Positions 25,709-35,300 of a DNA stretch of 64,000 bases are shown piece after piece. The notes under the pieces were generated by a model. That model was not told where the DNA came from. It saw only the letters and a list, made by a program, of their open reading frames with translations, and ran no database searches. The position numbers were made by a program, and so were the translations under genes. Positions within the stretch are counted from its first letter, which is position 1; each line of letters begins with the position of its first letter. The stretch is from an uncultured Polyangiales bacterium (GTDB lineage Bacteria > Myxococcota_A > Polyangia > Polyangiales > JADJMO01): contig CAZUZY010000004.1 in assembly GCA_964624885.1 (NCBI GenBank), positions 1,438 to 65,437 on the forward strand, written 5' to 3'.

Positions 25709-26611
25709 ATGCGCATCGTCCGGCACTCCCTCCTCACCGTCGCCACACTCCTCGTCCTCGGGTGCTCGAGCACCACGCCGCCAGGCAGCGCAGCGCCCGA
25801 GACGACCACCGTCACGGAGAAGGAGCCGAACGACGGTCCGGACATCAGCAACGCCCAGGACCTCGGCGTCTTCGATCGCGACCGCACGGTGACGGTGCAG
25901 GGGAGCCTCGCCACCGGCGGGAACGACGGCACCAAGTACACCGGCGACTTCGACGTGTTCGCGCTCGACGTGACCGAGAGCGGCACGCTCGACGTCTCGG
26001 TCACCTGGACGGGATCGGCGGACGTGGACTTCGCGGTCTACGACGCGTCGACCAAGCAGGTCGCCGCCGATGGATCGACCGCGATGCCCGCCAAGGCGAG
26101 CCTCGCGAGCGCGAAGGGCAAGTACCGGCTCGCGCTGTTCTCGAAGGACCGGGAAGCCACCTACACGGTGACGGTGACGTACCGGAAGACAACCACCACG
26201 ACGCCACCCCCGGGAGGCGACTGTCCGACCACCCCGATCGCCGCCGCGGCCCCGAGCGGAGGCTGCAGCATCACCTTGACCACCCCCACCTGCTCGACCG
26301 CCGACCTCACCGGGGGCAAGGACTTCGAGCTCGCGTGGTCCACGAGCGCCACCTTCTGCGAGGGACCCCACAAGATCCAGGTCGGTGGCGATCCGCCGAG
26401 CAGCTGGACCAGCGGCAACGCGCTCGAGTGGTCGGTCGCGTCGACCAGCACGTCGGATCGGGCGCAGATGACCCGCAACATCGGGGGGTTCGTGAAGTTC
26501 AACGCCTCGGAGATCGCCGGGCTCACCTCGGCGAGCGGTGTCTACTACTACCGCGTCGTGAGCTTCTACGGGTCGGCCTCGGAGGTGCGAGCGTTCCGCG
26601 TCGTGCGCTGA
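25709..26611 (+). CDS. Lipoprotein with pre-peptidase C-terminal (PPC)-like domain
   Basis: The ORF is 25670..26611. The ATG at 25709 gives MRIVRHSLLTVATLLVLGCSS. EKEPNDGPDISNAQDLG...GDFDVFALDV...GTLDVSVTW...DVDFAVYD resembles bacterial PPC domains. A Thr/Pro linker and a second Cys-containing domain follow. Confidence 0.75.
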   Translation: MRIVRHSLLTVATLLVLGCSSTTPPGSAAPETTTVTEKEPNDGPDISNAQDLGVFDRDRTVTVQGSLATGGNDGTKYTGDFDVFALDVTESGTLDVSVTWTGSADVDFAVYDASTKQVAADGSTAMPAKASLASAKGKYRLALFSKDREATYTVTVTYRKTTTTTPPPGGDCPTTPIAAAAPSGGCSITLTTPTCSTADLTGGKDFELAWSTSATFCEGPHKIQVGGDPPSSWTSGNALEWSVASTSTSDRAQMTRNIGGFVKFNASEIAGLTSASGVYYYRVVSFYGSASEVRAFRVVR

Positions 26612-26645
26612 CCCCATCGCCGGGCGTCTTCGCTACGCTCGGGGC

Positions 26646-27080
26646 GTGTTCGCGTTCGCCTACGAGCCCGTCTCCGGCACCGCCGTGTTCCACTTCAGCG
26701 GGACCTCCAACGACGACGCGGACTTCGAGCGCTACCTCGCCGCCGTGGACCAGCTGGACACCCTGGCCGGCGGGCGGGCCGACGCGGCGGTCGTCACCGT
26801 CGTCGAGCCCGGCAACCCACCCCCGAACGCCAAGTGGCGTCAGCGCATCGCCGAGCGGGCACGCGGCCTCCGCACGCAGGCCATCGCGGTGCTGGTCTCC
26901 GATTCCCCCATCATCCGCGGCGTGATGACCGTCCTCAACTGGCTCGCCCCGCGGCGGTTCCGCGAGCAGACGGTGACGGGCTCGTTCGAGGAGGCGGTGG
27001 AGTGGGTGGAACGGCGGCTGCCCCACCGCGGCGTCGTGCTGCGCCAGCTCCTGAGCGAGGTTCGCGGGAGCGCACGCTGA
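26646..27080 (+). CDS. Hypothetical cytoplasmic protein
   Basis: 144-aa ORF with a GTG start at 26646. The composition is clean (MFAFAYEPVSGTAVFHFSGTSNDDADFERYL...). No family recognised. Its stop abuts the convergent gene (tgatca). Confidence 0.6.
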   Translation: MFAFAYEPVSGTAVFHFSGTSNDDADFERYLAAVDQLDTLAGGRADAAVVTVVEPGNPPPNAKWRQRIAERARGLRTQAIAVLVSDSPIIRGVMTVLNWLAPRRFREQTVTGSFEEAVEWVERRLPHRGVVLRQLLSEVRGSAR

Positions 27081-27731
27081 TCAGCGGAACGCCCAGCCCG
27101 CGGCGGCGCCCAGGTAGAACAGGCGGTGTCCGTCGCCCGCGTGGCCGCTGCTGCAGTGGCCGAACGAGCTCGAGCCCGCGCCCCAGCCCACGCAGCCGAG
27201 GGCGCTCGGGTTCAGCATCCACGCGTACCCGAGGAACATGCGTGCCGAGAAGCCGCTCTCGTGGCGCGCCTCGAACGAAGCCTCGACGTTGGTCCAGTGC
27301 GCGCGCTCCGTCGTCTTGTAGGCAGGCCCGTCGGTCGTGAGCTCGACCCACGTGTAGCCACCGGTCGAGTAGCCGCCGCCGAGGGCGAGCGCTGCGTGCT
27401 CGCGCGTGATCAGGCGATAGCGTGCCTGCAGCGCCAGCTGGACGTCGCGGTGCCAGCGGTTGCAGACCGCGTCGAACGAGCTCGGCTGCGTGCCTTTCGC
27501 TTTGCAGTACGGACCGCTGCCGAGACCGAGCCCCACCGAGGCGACCAACATCGGGGTCGGCGCGACCTCGAGCGCCGCGCCGTAGTAGCCGGTCGGCGTC
27601 CCGAACCCGAACTGCGCCATCACTGCCAGTGTCTGCTCGAACGCGTGGGTGGGGGCGCGCGGCGGGGGTGGCAAGGGCACCTCCTCGCCGACGACGAGCG
27701 CGCCGACGAGGACCATGGCGGAGACGGACAT
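27081..27731 (-). CDS. Hypothetical secreted / outer-membrane beta-barrel-like protein
   Basis: This is the C-terminal part of ORF 27081..28814, starting at the in-frame ATG at 27731 (MSVSAMVLVGALVVG). It has alternating Gly/aromatic beta-strand-like segments (GYYGAALEV, VGLGLGSG, LALGGGYSTGGYTWVE, RMFLGYAWM, LFYLGAAAGWAF). Confidence 0.55.
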   Translation of the reverse strand: MSVSAMVLVGALVVGEEVPLPPPPRAPTHAFEQTLAVMAQFGFGTPTGYYGAALEVAPTPMLVASVGLGLGSGPYCKAKGTQPSSFDAVCNRWHRDVQLALQARYRLITREHAALALGGGYSTGGYTWVELTTDGPAYKTTERAHWTNVEASFEARHESGFSARMFLGYAWMLNPSALGCVGWGAGSSSFGHCSSGHAGDGHRLFYLGAAAGWAFR

Positions 27732-27841
27732 GGCGGTGCCCCGAGCAAGCCGTGGGCCACGCAGGATGCCGAGAATCCTCGCGGTTCCTGGCGTGCGCGC
27801 GCCGCACACTGGGGTGCGCGGCCCACAACGCGTGAATCCAG

Positions 27842-29152
27842 CTACCGGTAGAGCATCGAGGCGGCGTCGAACGACAGCGTGACCTTGGCCTCGCCCTTCA
27901 CCATGATCTGCAGCTTGGAGGGCGCGGCGCCGCTGGTCGTCACGTCGACCGTCTCGTCGGCGTCCTTGCCGCGGGCGAACGCCACGTCGATCAGCGGCTC
28001 GAGGAACCCTCGCTCGAAGGTCCAGGCGCGCATCCCCGACGACCGCGTGGCGCTCTCGCCGCTCGCGAAGCCCCACGTGAAGACCACGTCCGACAGGTTC
28101 GCGCGGTGGAGGGGCTGCACGCTGACCTTGGTGGCGTCGGCGTCGAAGCCGTCGGGCCGGCCCTCCTGCACGAGGTAGTCGGTGCCGATGTGCACGTACT
28201 TGCCGCCCTCGATCGCACCGAGCGCGATCGCGTAGAACACCATGCGCTTCTGCGGCGCGGGCGGGTCGGACGGCGGGTCCTCCGGCTTGTACTCGAACGA
28301 GAGCCGGAGCAAGAGCTCGTTGCCCGGCTGGCCGTCGAGGTCGACCTCGTCGAGCGACGCGCGGCACCGCTGATCGGTGAGCAGGTCGCCGAGGATCGGC
28401 GCGCCGATCTTGTTGATCAGCTGCACCGCGTCCGACGCGCTCCACTTCTCCCAGCGGGTCGTGATCGTCTCGACGGACTTCTTGAGGTCGGCCAGATCCT
28501 GCGGGGGGCTGTCGGTCCCGTCGCCGAGGATCGCCGCCTCGGTCACGGCGAGCGCGCCCTTGCCCGCGTGGATCTCGTCGAACACGATGCGCACGGCCTT
28601 GGCCTCGGTGCCGTCGAGCTCGATGAACGCGCCGTGCTGGTCGGCCCCGATCTCGCGGGTGGCCACCGTCTTGCCGTCGAGCAGGATCGACACCTTCTTG
28701 GCGTGCGAGTTCTCGCCGAACAGGTCGCCGTCCTTGGCGCCGAAGTCGACGAGGCCGGTGTCGAAGCGCACGCCCCAGATCTTCTTCGGCTGCTTGAGCT
28801 TGGCCTCGAGCCACTCCGGATCGGTGGACTTGGGCTTGGGGGCCGCGATCCAGGTGGTGGACCGCGAGCCGTCGAACGCGCGCTTGCCGGGGTAGAAGCC
28901 GCCCTTGGCGAGCTCGGTGGACGCCGACACGGAGTCGACCGGCAGCTTGCGCAGCCAGCGCGGCCCCTTGCGCGGCTCCACCTTGGCGACCACCGGCGCG
29001 GAGGCCGACGCGCTGGCCGTCGCCGAGGCGCTCGACGCGACCGTGGGTGGCGTCGACGCCGGCGCCGCGGGCGCGGGCTTGTCGTTCTTGGGCTCGGACT
29101 TGCAGTGGAGCAACGACAACGCCAACAACGCGAACGCAGACGAGCGCTTCAT
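27842..29152 (-). CDS. Lipoprotein with discoidin (F5/8 type C)-like domain
   Basis: The ORF is 27842..29236. The ATG at 29152 gives MKRSSAFALLALSLLHCKS. KRAFDGSRSTTWIAAP...EWLEAKLKQPKKIWGVRFDTG...VSILLDGKTV...AVRIVFDEI is the discoidin-type pattern. The C-terminal 200 aa are unassigned. Confidence 0.8.
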   Translation of the reverse strand: MKRSSAFALLALSLLHCKSEPKNDKPAPAAPASTPPTVASSASATASASASAPVVAKVEPRKGPRWLRKLPVDSVSASTELAKGGFYPGKRAFDGSRSTTWIAAPKPKSTDPEWLEAKLKQPKKIWGVRFDTGLVDFGAKDGDLFGENSHAKKVSILLDGKTVATREIGADQHGAFIELDGTEAKAVRIVFDEIHAGKGALAVTEAAILGDGTDSPPQDLADLKKSVETITTRWEKWSASDAVQLINKIGAPILGDLLTDQRCRASLDEVDLDGQPGNELLLRLSFEYKPEDPPSDPPAPQKRMVFYAIALGAIEGGKYVHIGTDYLVQEGRPDGFDADATKVSVQPLHRANLSDVVFTWGFASGESATRSSGMRAWTFERGFLEPLIDVAFARGKDADETVDVTTSGAAPSKLQIMVKGEAKVTLSFDAASMLYR

Positions 29153-29289
29153 GGACGGCATGCTAGGCGGGAAGTTCATGCCGAGACAAACGAGGATGTG
29201 CGGCTCCTCGATTCCACGTCGACCCTCGCGTGACACGGCGCACGCGTCGGCGAACCGAGGGTGGCGTTACGGAGTCTCCGTCGGATCGT

Positions 29290-30174
29290 TCACTTGATCG
29301 GCGGGCACTCGGCGCCGGGGGCCGGGTCCGGATCGCAGTAGAGGAACCCGCCCCCCGTGGTGCGCGTGACGAGCACGAGGGTGTTCGAGCGCGTGGCGTC
29401 GTCGATCGTGGGGAGCACCCGCTTCACGGCGTCGTAGTAGGTCGCGCTCGGCACCCAGATGTGGAGGATCTGCTTCACCCAGCGGTCCTCGGGGAGCACC
29501 CGCGCGCTGCTCGCCTTGATCGACTCGAAGTCCTTCACCAGCTGCGTGCGCACCTCGGCGTCGGTCATGGTGAGCGGCAGCGGCTTGAACACCCGCTTGG
29601 GGTTCACGCCGATCTTGTCGCCGCCGATCGACACCAGGAGGTCGGTGATGGTGGCCGCGCCGCCGTCGGGGGGCGGACCGTACTTGATCTCGGTCTCCGT
29701 CTTCAGCAACGCAGCGCCCGCGCAGTGGAGCAGGAGCTCGTAGGTCATCACCTCGGACTCCTTGGAGCTGCCGCCCGCGTTGGGCGCGTCGAACACGATC
29801 TTGCCGCCCGGGGACAGGCGCGCGCGCTCGTACTTCTCGGTGGCGTCGAAGGTCAGCGGGATCTCCACCGTCACCGAGGCCGTCGCCTTCACCGCGGCCG
29901 CGAGCCCGGCGCAGTCACCAGAGGCGGTGCCCAGGATGTCGAACGGAGCGGCCGCGTCGGCCGCGTCGACCGCGGCTTCGGGGGTCGCGTCCAGGGCGAC
30001 CTCGACCGCGGCGTCGCTGGTCGTGTCGTCTCGCGGGCCGACGTCCTCCACGAGCGCGGTGTCCGGCTCGACCCCGGTGTCGGTGGCGCTCGACGCGGGG
30101 GGACTGCTGGACGTGCAGCCCACCGAGGCGAACGCGAGCAGGGCGAGCGTGGAGAGGGCGGTCAGGAGACGCAT
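29290..30174 (-). CDS. Lipoprotein, function unknown
   Basis: This is the C-terminal part of ORF 29290..30951. The in-frame ATG at 30174 gives MRLLTALSTLALLAFASVGCTSS. A D/A/T-rich linker and a globular domain ending CDPDPAPGAECPPIK follow. Confidence 0.8.
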   Translation of the reverse strand: MRLLTALSTLALLAFASVGCTSSSPPASSATDTGVEPDTALVEDVGPRDDTTSDAAVEVALDATPEAAVDAADAAAPFDILGTASGDCAGLAAAVKATASVTVEIPLTFDATEKYERARLSPGGKIVFDAPNAGGSSKESEVMTYELLLHCAGAALLKTETEIKYGPPPDGGAATITDLLVSIGGDKIGVNPKRVFKPLPLTMTDAEVRTQLVKDFESIKASSARVLPEDRWVKQILHIWVPSATYYDAVKRVLPTIDDATRSNTLVLVTRTTGGGFLYCDPDPAPGAECPPIK

Positions 30175-30292
30175 CGGACACCCGATTACCCCTCCTCCCG
30201 CCGGGGTGCACGGGGCCCATCCTGGTCGTCCGCGAGAAACCTGAGCCGATCGGTGGCCGCCCCGGCCTCTCCCCCCCGAGGAGACCTGCGCC

Positions 30293-31597
30293 ATGAGGAC
30301 GACGACGGTGATCGGGGTGGTGTTCGCGTGTCTCGTGGGGTGCTCGGGGTCGGACGCCCCCTCCGACCCGGCCGGGGACGACGCCGCGACGACCGACGAG
30401 ACGGGCACGCCGATCGACTCGGGGAGCCCGCCGGCCGATGGTACCCCCACCGACACGGGCACGCCGCCCACCGACACCGGTATCGCGCCGACCGACTCGG
30501 GCACGCCGCCCACCGACACCGGCACCCCCGACACGGGCACCCCCGACACGGGTCCCCTCGGTACGGCGGGCAACCCCGACGGCTCGTGCAAGGCCGGCAT
30601 CCCCGCGGGGGGCACGCCCGCCGACGTCTCGAAGCCGACCGCGGTGGTCGGCACCGGCACGGCGGCGAGCTGCACGTTCGCGGCGCTCAAGACCGCGGTC
30701 AACGCGGGTGGCGTCGTGACGTTCAACTGCGGCGCCACGCCGGTCACCCTCCTCGTCACCGCGACCCTCGATCTGCCGACCACCAAGAGCACGGTGATCG
30801 ACGGCGGCAACAAGGTCACCCTCGACGGCGGCGGCACCGTGCAGATCCTCCGCTGGTACAGCGCCGACTTCCGCAAGAACGACAACCGGCTCACGCTGCA
30901 GCACATCAACTTCGTCAACGGCAAGACCACCCCCACCAAGGCCATCCCCAAGGCACCGCCGCCGTGCTCGCAGGGCTGGAACGACGGCGAAGGCGGCGCT
31001 CTCTACATGCGCGACGGCAACCTGACGGTCATCGACGCCATCTTCGCCAACAACCAGGGCGCGCCGCTCGGCCCCGACACCGGTGGGGGCGCGATCTACG
31101 TGGTCGGCAGCAAGAACGGCGCGCTGATCGTCAAGAGCACCTTCAAGAACAACAAGGCGGCCAACGCGGGCGCGTTCGGCGGGCTGTTCTGCCCCCTCGA
31201 GATCTACGACAGCCTGTTCACCGGCAACCAGGGCATCGGCAACGGCGCCAACAGCGACGACCCGAGCAAGTGCAGCGTCATCAACAACGGGCAGCACGAG
31301 GTGGGCTCGGGCGGCAACGGCGGCGCGATCTACAGCGACGGCGCCTCGGTGAACCTCAAGGTGTGCGGCAGCGCGGTGCTGGGCAACGCGGCGGGCACGG
31401 GCGCGTTCGGCGGTGGCCTGTTCTTCACCAGCAACGACTTCGGCGGCACGCTCTCGATCATCGACTCCACGATGACCGGCAACACGGGCGGCTACTGGAC
31501 CTCGGTGGCCTCCGGCGCCACCAAGAACGCGGGCACCGCCGTCGGCACCAACACCAAGAGCCTCACCATCGTGAACTCCACGCTGCAGGGGCTCTGA
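30293..31597 (+). CDS. Right-handed parallel beta-helix (pectate-lyase-fold-like) lipoprotein
   Basis: MRTTTVIGVVFACLVGCSG provides a lipobox and is followed by a TGTP-type repeat linker. Then come repetitive GGAIY...N..F.NN / GGLF...S.F.GN turns (GGALYMRDGNLTVIDAIFANN, GGAIYVVGS...STFKNN, GGLFCPLEIYDSLFTGN, GGAIYSDGA, GGGLFFTSN). Confidence 0.8.
   Translation: MRTTTVIGVVFACLVGCSGSDAPSDPAGDDAATTDETGTPIDSGSPPADGTPTDTGTPPTDTGIAPTDSGTPPTDTGTPDTGTPDTGPLGTAGNPDGSCKAGIPAGGTPADVSKPTAVVGTGTAASCTFAALKTAVNAGGVVTFNCGATPVTLLVTATLDLPTTKSTVIDGGNKVTLDGGGTVQILRWYSADFRKNDNRLTLQHINFVNGKTTPTKAIPKAPPPCSQGWNDGEGGALYMRDGNLTVIDAIFANNQGAPLGPDTGGGAIYVVGSKNGALIVKSTFKNNKAANAGAFGGLFCPLEIYDSLFTGNQGIGNGANSDDPSKCSVINNGQHEVGSGGNGGAIYSDGASVNLKVCGSAVLGNAAGTGAFGGGLFFTSNDFGGTLSIIDSTMTGNTGGYWTSVASGATKNAGTAVGTNTKSLTIVNSTLQGL
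30444..30552 (+). repeat. Coding tandem repeats specifying a (T/S)GTPPTD linker
   Basis: acgccgcccaccgacaccgg occurs at 30461-30480 and at 30503-30522 (period 42 bp). cacccccgacacggg occurs twice in tandem (30523-30537 and 30538-30552). Confidence 0.8.
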
Positions 31598-31697
31598 GGC
31601 CTCGCGTTCGCGCGGCCACGTGCCGCTCGCAGATCACGCAGCGAATCGGGCGATCGCGGCGCCCTCGATCGGGCACGAGGCCTGCAAACGACCGCGC

Positions 31698-32267
31698 ATG
31701 CGCTCCCCGATCTCCGCCCTGCTCGTCGTGTCCCTCCTGGTCGCTGGTTGCTCGTCGGCGACCCCGGCGCCTTCGGCGGCCATCCCCGCCGAACTCGCCG
31801 ACTACTGCACCGGCACCCTCTCCGTCGCCACCAAGTACCGCTCACCCGCCGCGGGCGGAGGCTGGGAAGGGATCGGCGCCACCCTGCCCGCGGGCACCAC
31901 CTTCGTGCTCGCGGAGGACTTCTCGCACTACGGCGGCTTCGCGTTCCTCGACGGCACGCCCGTGGAGCTCGAAGGGGACTTCCTCAAAGGTCTCGCGCTC
32001 GGCACCGACTTCGCGTCGAGCTGCGCGACCAAGCCGGAGCGAGCCAACGCCGACTTCGTCGTCCTCGAGAAGACCGTCCTGTTCGCCAACAAGGATCTCA
32101 GCGGCGCCTCGTGCCAGCTGACCCGGGGGACCAAGTTCAAGTCCTACAGCTACTCGGCGGGCGGCTCGGACACCGTGGAGTTCGGGTCGAGCGACCTCTC
32201 GGCGATCTGCGGCTTCGCCAAGGGCTACGCGAGCACGTTCCACTACGGGGCGCTGCTGCGCCGGTAG
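31698..32267 (+). CDS. Lipoprotein, function unknown
   Basis: The ORF is 31620..32267. The ATG at 31698 gives MRSPISALLVVSLLVAGCSS. Confidence 0.75.
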   Translation: MRSPISALLVVSLLVAGCSSATPAPSAAIPAELADYCTGTLSVATKYRSPAAGGGWEGIGATLPAGTTFVLAEDFSHYGGFAFLDGTPVELEGDFLKGLALGTDFASSCATKPERANADFVVLEKTVLFANKDLSGASCQLTRGTKFKSYSYSAGGSDTVEFGSSDLSAICGFAKGYASTFHYGALLRR

Positions 32268-32975
32268 TCAGGCGGCGACCGTCTCCGCGCCGACGACGCT
32301 CGACCGGGCGAGCCAGCCCGGATCGGGCAAGCGGAAGCCCTCGGCCGTGGTCTCCACGAGCCGCTGCTTCTGCCACCGGCTCATGGCGCGGATGGTGGTC
32401 TCGACGGTCGCGCCGACCAGCGAGGCCAGCTCGCCGCGCGAGAGCGCCACGGGGATGTGGACGCCGTCGTCGAACTCGTCCCCGAAGCGCTCGACGAGGT
32501 GGCTGAGGAGCGCCTTGAGCCGCTGCTCCACCGGCCCGGCGCTCATGATCCCGATCTTGTCGTGGAGGGCATAGCTGTGCTCGGTCAGCGAGCGCGCCAG
32601 CGCCCACGCGATCGGCGGTCGCCGCTCGGCGGCGGTGAGGACCGCCTCGGACGAGAGCGTCAGCACCTCGGCCTCCTCGGAGATGACCACCGCGTTGCCG
32701 GGGTAGACGTCGCGCGCGATCACCGCCAGGTTGCCGATGGTCTGCCGCGGGCCCCACAGCGCGAGGATGCACGACCCGCCCTCGTTGGTCGGCCGCACCA
32801 GCTTCACGAGCCCGTGGGTGACCACGCCGAGGAACGACGCGCGCTCCCCCACGCGGAAGATGAGCTCGCCGCGCGCGAAGCGTCGACGCACCACGAAGCC
32901 CGCCAGCTCGGCGAGGCAGTCCGGGGGGAGCCCCGCGAAGAGGTTCGAGGCACGCAGCATCGGCGACAGGTCCAT
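32268..32975 (-). CDS. Crp/Fnr-family transcriptional regulator
   Basis: 235 aa. It has a cNMP-binding-like barrel (FARGELIFRVGERASFLGVVTHGLVKLVR) and a C-terminal HTH (LSRGELASLVGATVETTIRAMSRWQKQRLV). No N-terminal Cys cluster of the FNR type is seen. Confidence 0.9.
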   Translation of the reverse strand: MDLSPMLRASNLFAGLPPDCLAELAGFVVRRRFARGELIFRVGERASFLGVVTHGLVKLVRPTNEGGSCILALWGPRQTIGNLAVIARDVYPGNAVVISEEAEVLTLSSEAVLTAAERRPPIAWALARSLTEHSYALHDKIGIMSAGPVEQRLKALLSHLVERFGDEFDDGVHIPVALSRGELASLVGATVETTIRAMSRWQKQRLVETTAEGFRLPDPGWLARSSVVGAETVAA

Positions 32976-33129
32976 TCGGCAAGGTCTTGCACGCGGTGAT
33001 CCAACGGCGGTCTGCGGGGAAATGGCCGTTTCGTAGTGTCGCGAGGGCGCACCGTTTGCAGGCGCGCGTTCGTTGCGTGCTCAGGACGGCGCTCAAGCGG
33101 AGGGCTCGGTGGACCGTTCTCTCGCTGCG

Positions 33130-34245
33130 ATGCAAACCGCCGCGTTCCAGTACGAGTCGGGCCGCTGGTCCGTGCCTGTGTTCCCACCCCTCGACTCCGA
33201 CGACACCCTGGTGCTCGTGTTCGGGGGCGCCGGCTACCGCGACGCCCCCGCTCCCCTCGCCGAGCTGACGCGGGCGTACCCCCGCGCGAAGGTCACCGGT
33301 TGCTCCTCCGCGGGAGAGATCCACGGCGCCCGGATCAGCGACGACACGCTCTCGGTGGTGGTCGTCCGCTTCGACAAGACCCACGTGCGGCTGGCCCGCG
33401 CGACGCTGGGCGCCGACTCGACGGACGCGGGCGCGAGCCTCGCGCGGGAACTGGCGGCGCCCGACCTGCGCGCCGTCCTCGTGTTCTCCGATGGCCTCGC
33501 GGTCAACGGCACCGCGCTGCTGCGCGGGATCCACTCCGTCGTGGGGCGGGACGTGATCGTGACCGGCGGGCTCGCCGCGGACGGCGATCGCTTCCAGCAC
33601 ACCTGGGTCTTCCACGAGGGTGGGCCGGTCGAAGGAAGCGTGGTGGCGGTGGGGCTGTACGGCGACGCGGTCGGCGTGAGCCACGGCTCGCGCGGCGGGT
33701 GGGACGTGTTCGGCCCGGAGCGGATCGTGACGCGGGCCGAGCAGAACGTGCTCTACGAGCTCGACGGAGAGCCGGCCCTCGACCTCTACAAGAAGTACCT
33801 GGGCGATCGCGCGGCGGGGTTGCCGTCGACGGCGCTCCTGTTCCCGCTGGCCCTGCGCACGACGGCGGGGGTCGTGGTGCGCACGATCCTCGGGGTGGAC
33901 GAGGCGACCCAGAGCATGACCTTCGCGGGGGACGTCCCCAAGGACTCGGTGGTCCAGCTGATGCGCGCCAACTTCGACCGGCTCATCGACGGCGCGGCGG
34001 ACGCGGGGCGGGACGCGGTCGCTCCCCGCTCGCCCTCGGTCGCGCTCGCCGTCAGCTGTGTGGGCCGTCGCATCGTCCTCGGTGAACGCACCGAGGAGGA
34101 GGTGGAGGGAGCCTTCGAGAGCGTGCCGGACGGCGACGTGCTCGTGGGGTTCTACTCCTATGGCGAGATCTCCCCGCTCGCCACCGGCGAGTGCGGTGTG
34201 CTGCACAACCAGACGATGACCCTCACCCGCCTGTGGGAGACCTGA
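33130..34245 (+). CDS. FIST N/C domain sensor protein (FIST module B)
   Basis: The ORF is 33073..34245; I prefer the ATG at 33130 (MQTAAFQYESGRW). FIST-type motifs are present: LVLVFGG, GCSSAGEI, VLVFSDGLAVNG, VTGGLAAD, LAVSCVGRRIVLG and GFYSYGEISP. Its stop overlaps the kinase start (TGATG). Confidence 0.85.
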   Translation: MQTAAFQYESGRWSVPVFPPLDSDDTLVLVFGGAGYRDAPAPLAELTRAYPRAKVTGCSSAGEIHGARISDDTLSVVVVRFDKTHVRLARATLGADSTDAGASLARELAAPDLRAVLVFSDGLAVNGTALLRGIHSVVGRDVIVTGGLAADGDRFQHTWVFHEGGPVEGSVVAVGLYGDAVGVSHGSRGGWDVFGPERIVTRAEQNVLYELDGEPALDLYKKYLGDRAAGLPSTALLFPLALRTTAGVVVRTILGVDEATQSMTFAGDVPKDSVVQLMRANFDRLIDGAADAGRDAVAPRSPSVALAVSCVGRRIVLGERTEEEVEGAFESVPDGDVLVGFYSYGEISPLATGECGVLHNQTMTLTRLWET

Positions 34246-35291
34246 TGCACCGGGTGCTCGAGCGGCAGCTGCGCAAGCTGGGGCTCTCGGAGGCTCCGCC
34301 CGACGCCGCGCAGTGGCGGGCGTTCCTCGAGCGCGTGGACCAGAGCTACACGAGCGCCGACCAGGACCGCTACACACTCGAGCGCGCGCTCGACCTCTCG
34401 TCGGGCGAGATGCGCAAGCGCTTCGCCGAGCTGCGGAGCGCCCAGGACCAGCTGGTGCTGGCCTCCCGGAAGGCCGGCATGGCCGACGTCGCGACCAGCG
34501 TGCTGCACAACGTGGGCAACGTCCTCAACAGCGTGAACGTGGCCGCCAACCTGGTCTCCCAGCTCGCCAAGTCCACCACGCGCGCGGGCCTCGGCAAGAG
34601 CCTCACGCTGCTCCGCGCCCAGCCGGCGCCCGGGCGGTTCCTCGACGACGATCCGCGCGGCAAGAAGCTGCTCCAGTACCTCGATGCGATCGACAGGACG
34701 CTCGGCGAAGAGGGTCGACAGATGTCCTCCGAGCTCGAGAACCTCTCCCGGCACATCGATCACATCAAGGCCATCGTGGCCCAGCAGCTCGCGGTGGCCC
34801 GCGGGGGCAACCAGGCCCTGGTCGAGGAGCAGATCGTCCTCGGCCAGCTGCTCGACGACGCGGTGCTGGTGGTGAAGGGCTCGCTGCCGCGGCGCTCGGC
34901 GATCACGTTCGTGCGCGACTACGCGCCGTGCGTGGTCCGCGCCGATCGCCACAAGCTGTTCCAGATCGTGCTCAACCTGCTCGCCAACGCGCGCGACGCC
35001 CTCGCCGCGCGGCCGGAGGGCACCATCACGCTGCGCATCCACTCGGTGGAGAGCCAGGCGAGGGTCGACGTGGAGGACGACGGGGTGGGCATCGCCGCCG
35101 AGAACCTCGCCGAGATCTTCACCCATGGCTTCACCACCAAGCCCACGGGGAACGGCTTCGGGCTCCACTCGTCGGCGTGCGCGGCGATGGAGCTCGGGGG
35201 GAACCTCTCCGTGCACAGCGACGGTGTCGGGCGGGGCGCGCGCCTCACGCTCTGCCTGCCCTGCGAGAGACCTCTTTCAAAATCTGCCTGA
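34245..35291 (+). CDS. Cytoplasmic histidine kinase (FIST module B)
   Basis: The ATG at 34245 lies within ORF 34191..35291. The H-box variant is DVATSVLHNVGNVLNSV. The N-box is LNLLANARDAL and the G-boxes are DDGVGI and GNGFGLHSS. There is no TM segment. Confidence 0.85.
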   Translation: MHRVLERQLRKLGLSEAPPDAAQWRAFLERVDQSYTSADQDRYTLERALDLSSGEMRKRFAELRSAQDQLVLASRKAGMADVATSVLHNVGNVLNSVNVAANLVSQLAKSTTRAGLGKSLTLLRAQPAPGRFLDDDPRGKKLLQYLDAIDRTLGEEGRQMSSELENLSRHIDHIKAIVAQQLAVARGGNQALVEEQIVLGQLLDDAVLVVKGSLPRRSAITFVRDYAPCVVRADRHKLFQIVLNLLANARDALAARPEGTITLRIHSVESQARVDVEDDGVGIAAENLAEIFTHGFTTKPTGNGFGLHSSACAAMELGGNLSVHSDGVGRGARLTLCLPCERPLSKSA

Positions 35292-35300
35292 AAGCCACCC

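Noticed and set aside
27078-27083. Convergent gene pairs whose stop codons abut or overlap with no room for terminators (27080/27081, 32267/32268, 38333/38337, 55520/55523, 58449/58452)
   Set aside because: This is real in the sequence, but it is a common feature of compact high-GC genomes. I see no additional structure that would make it a regulatory device.
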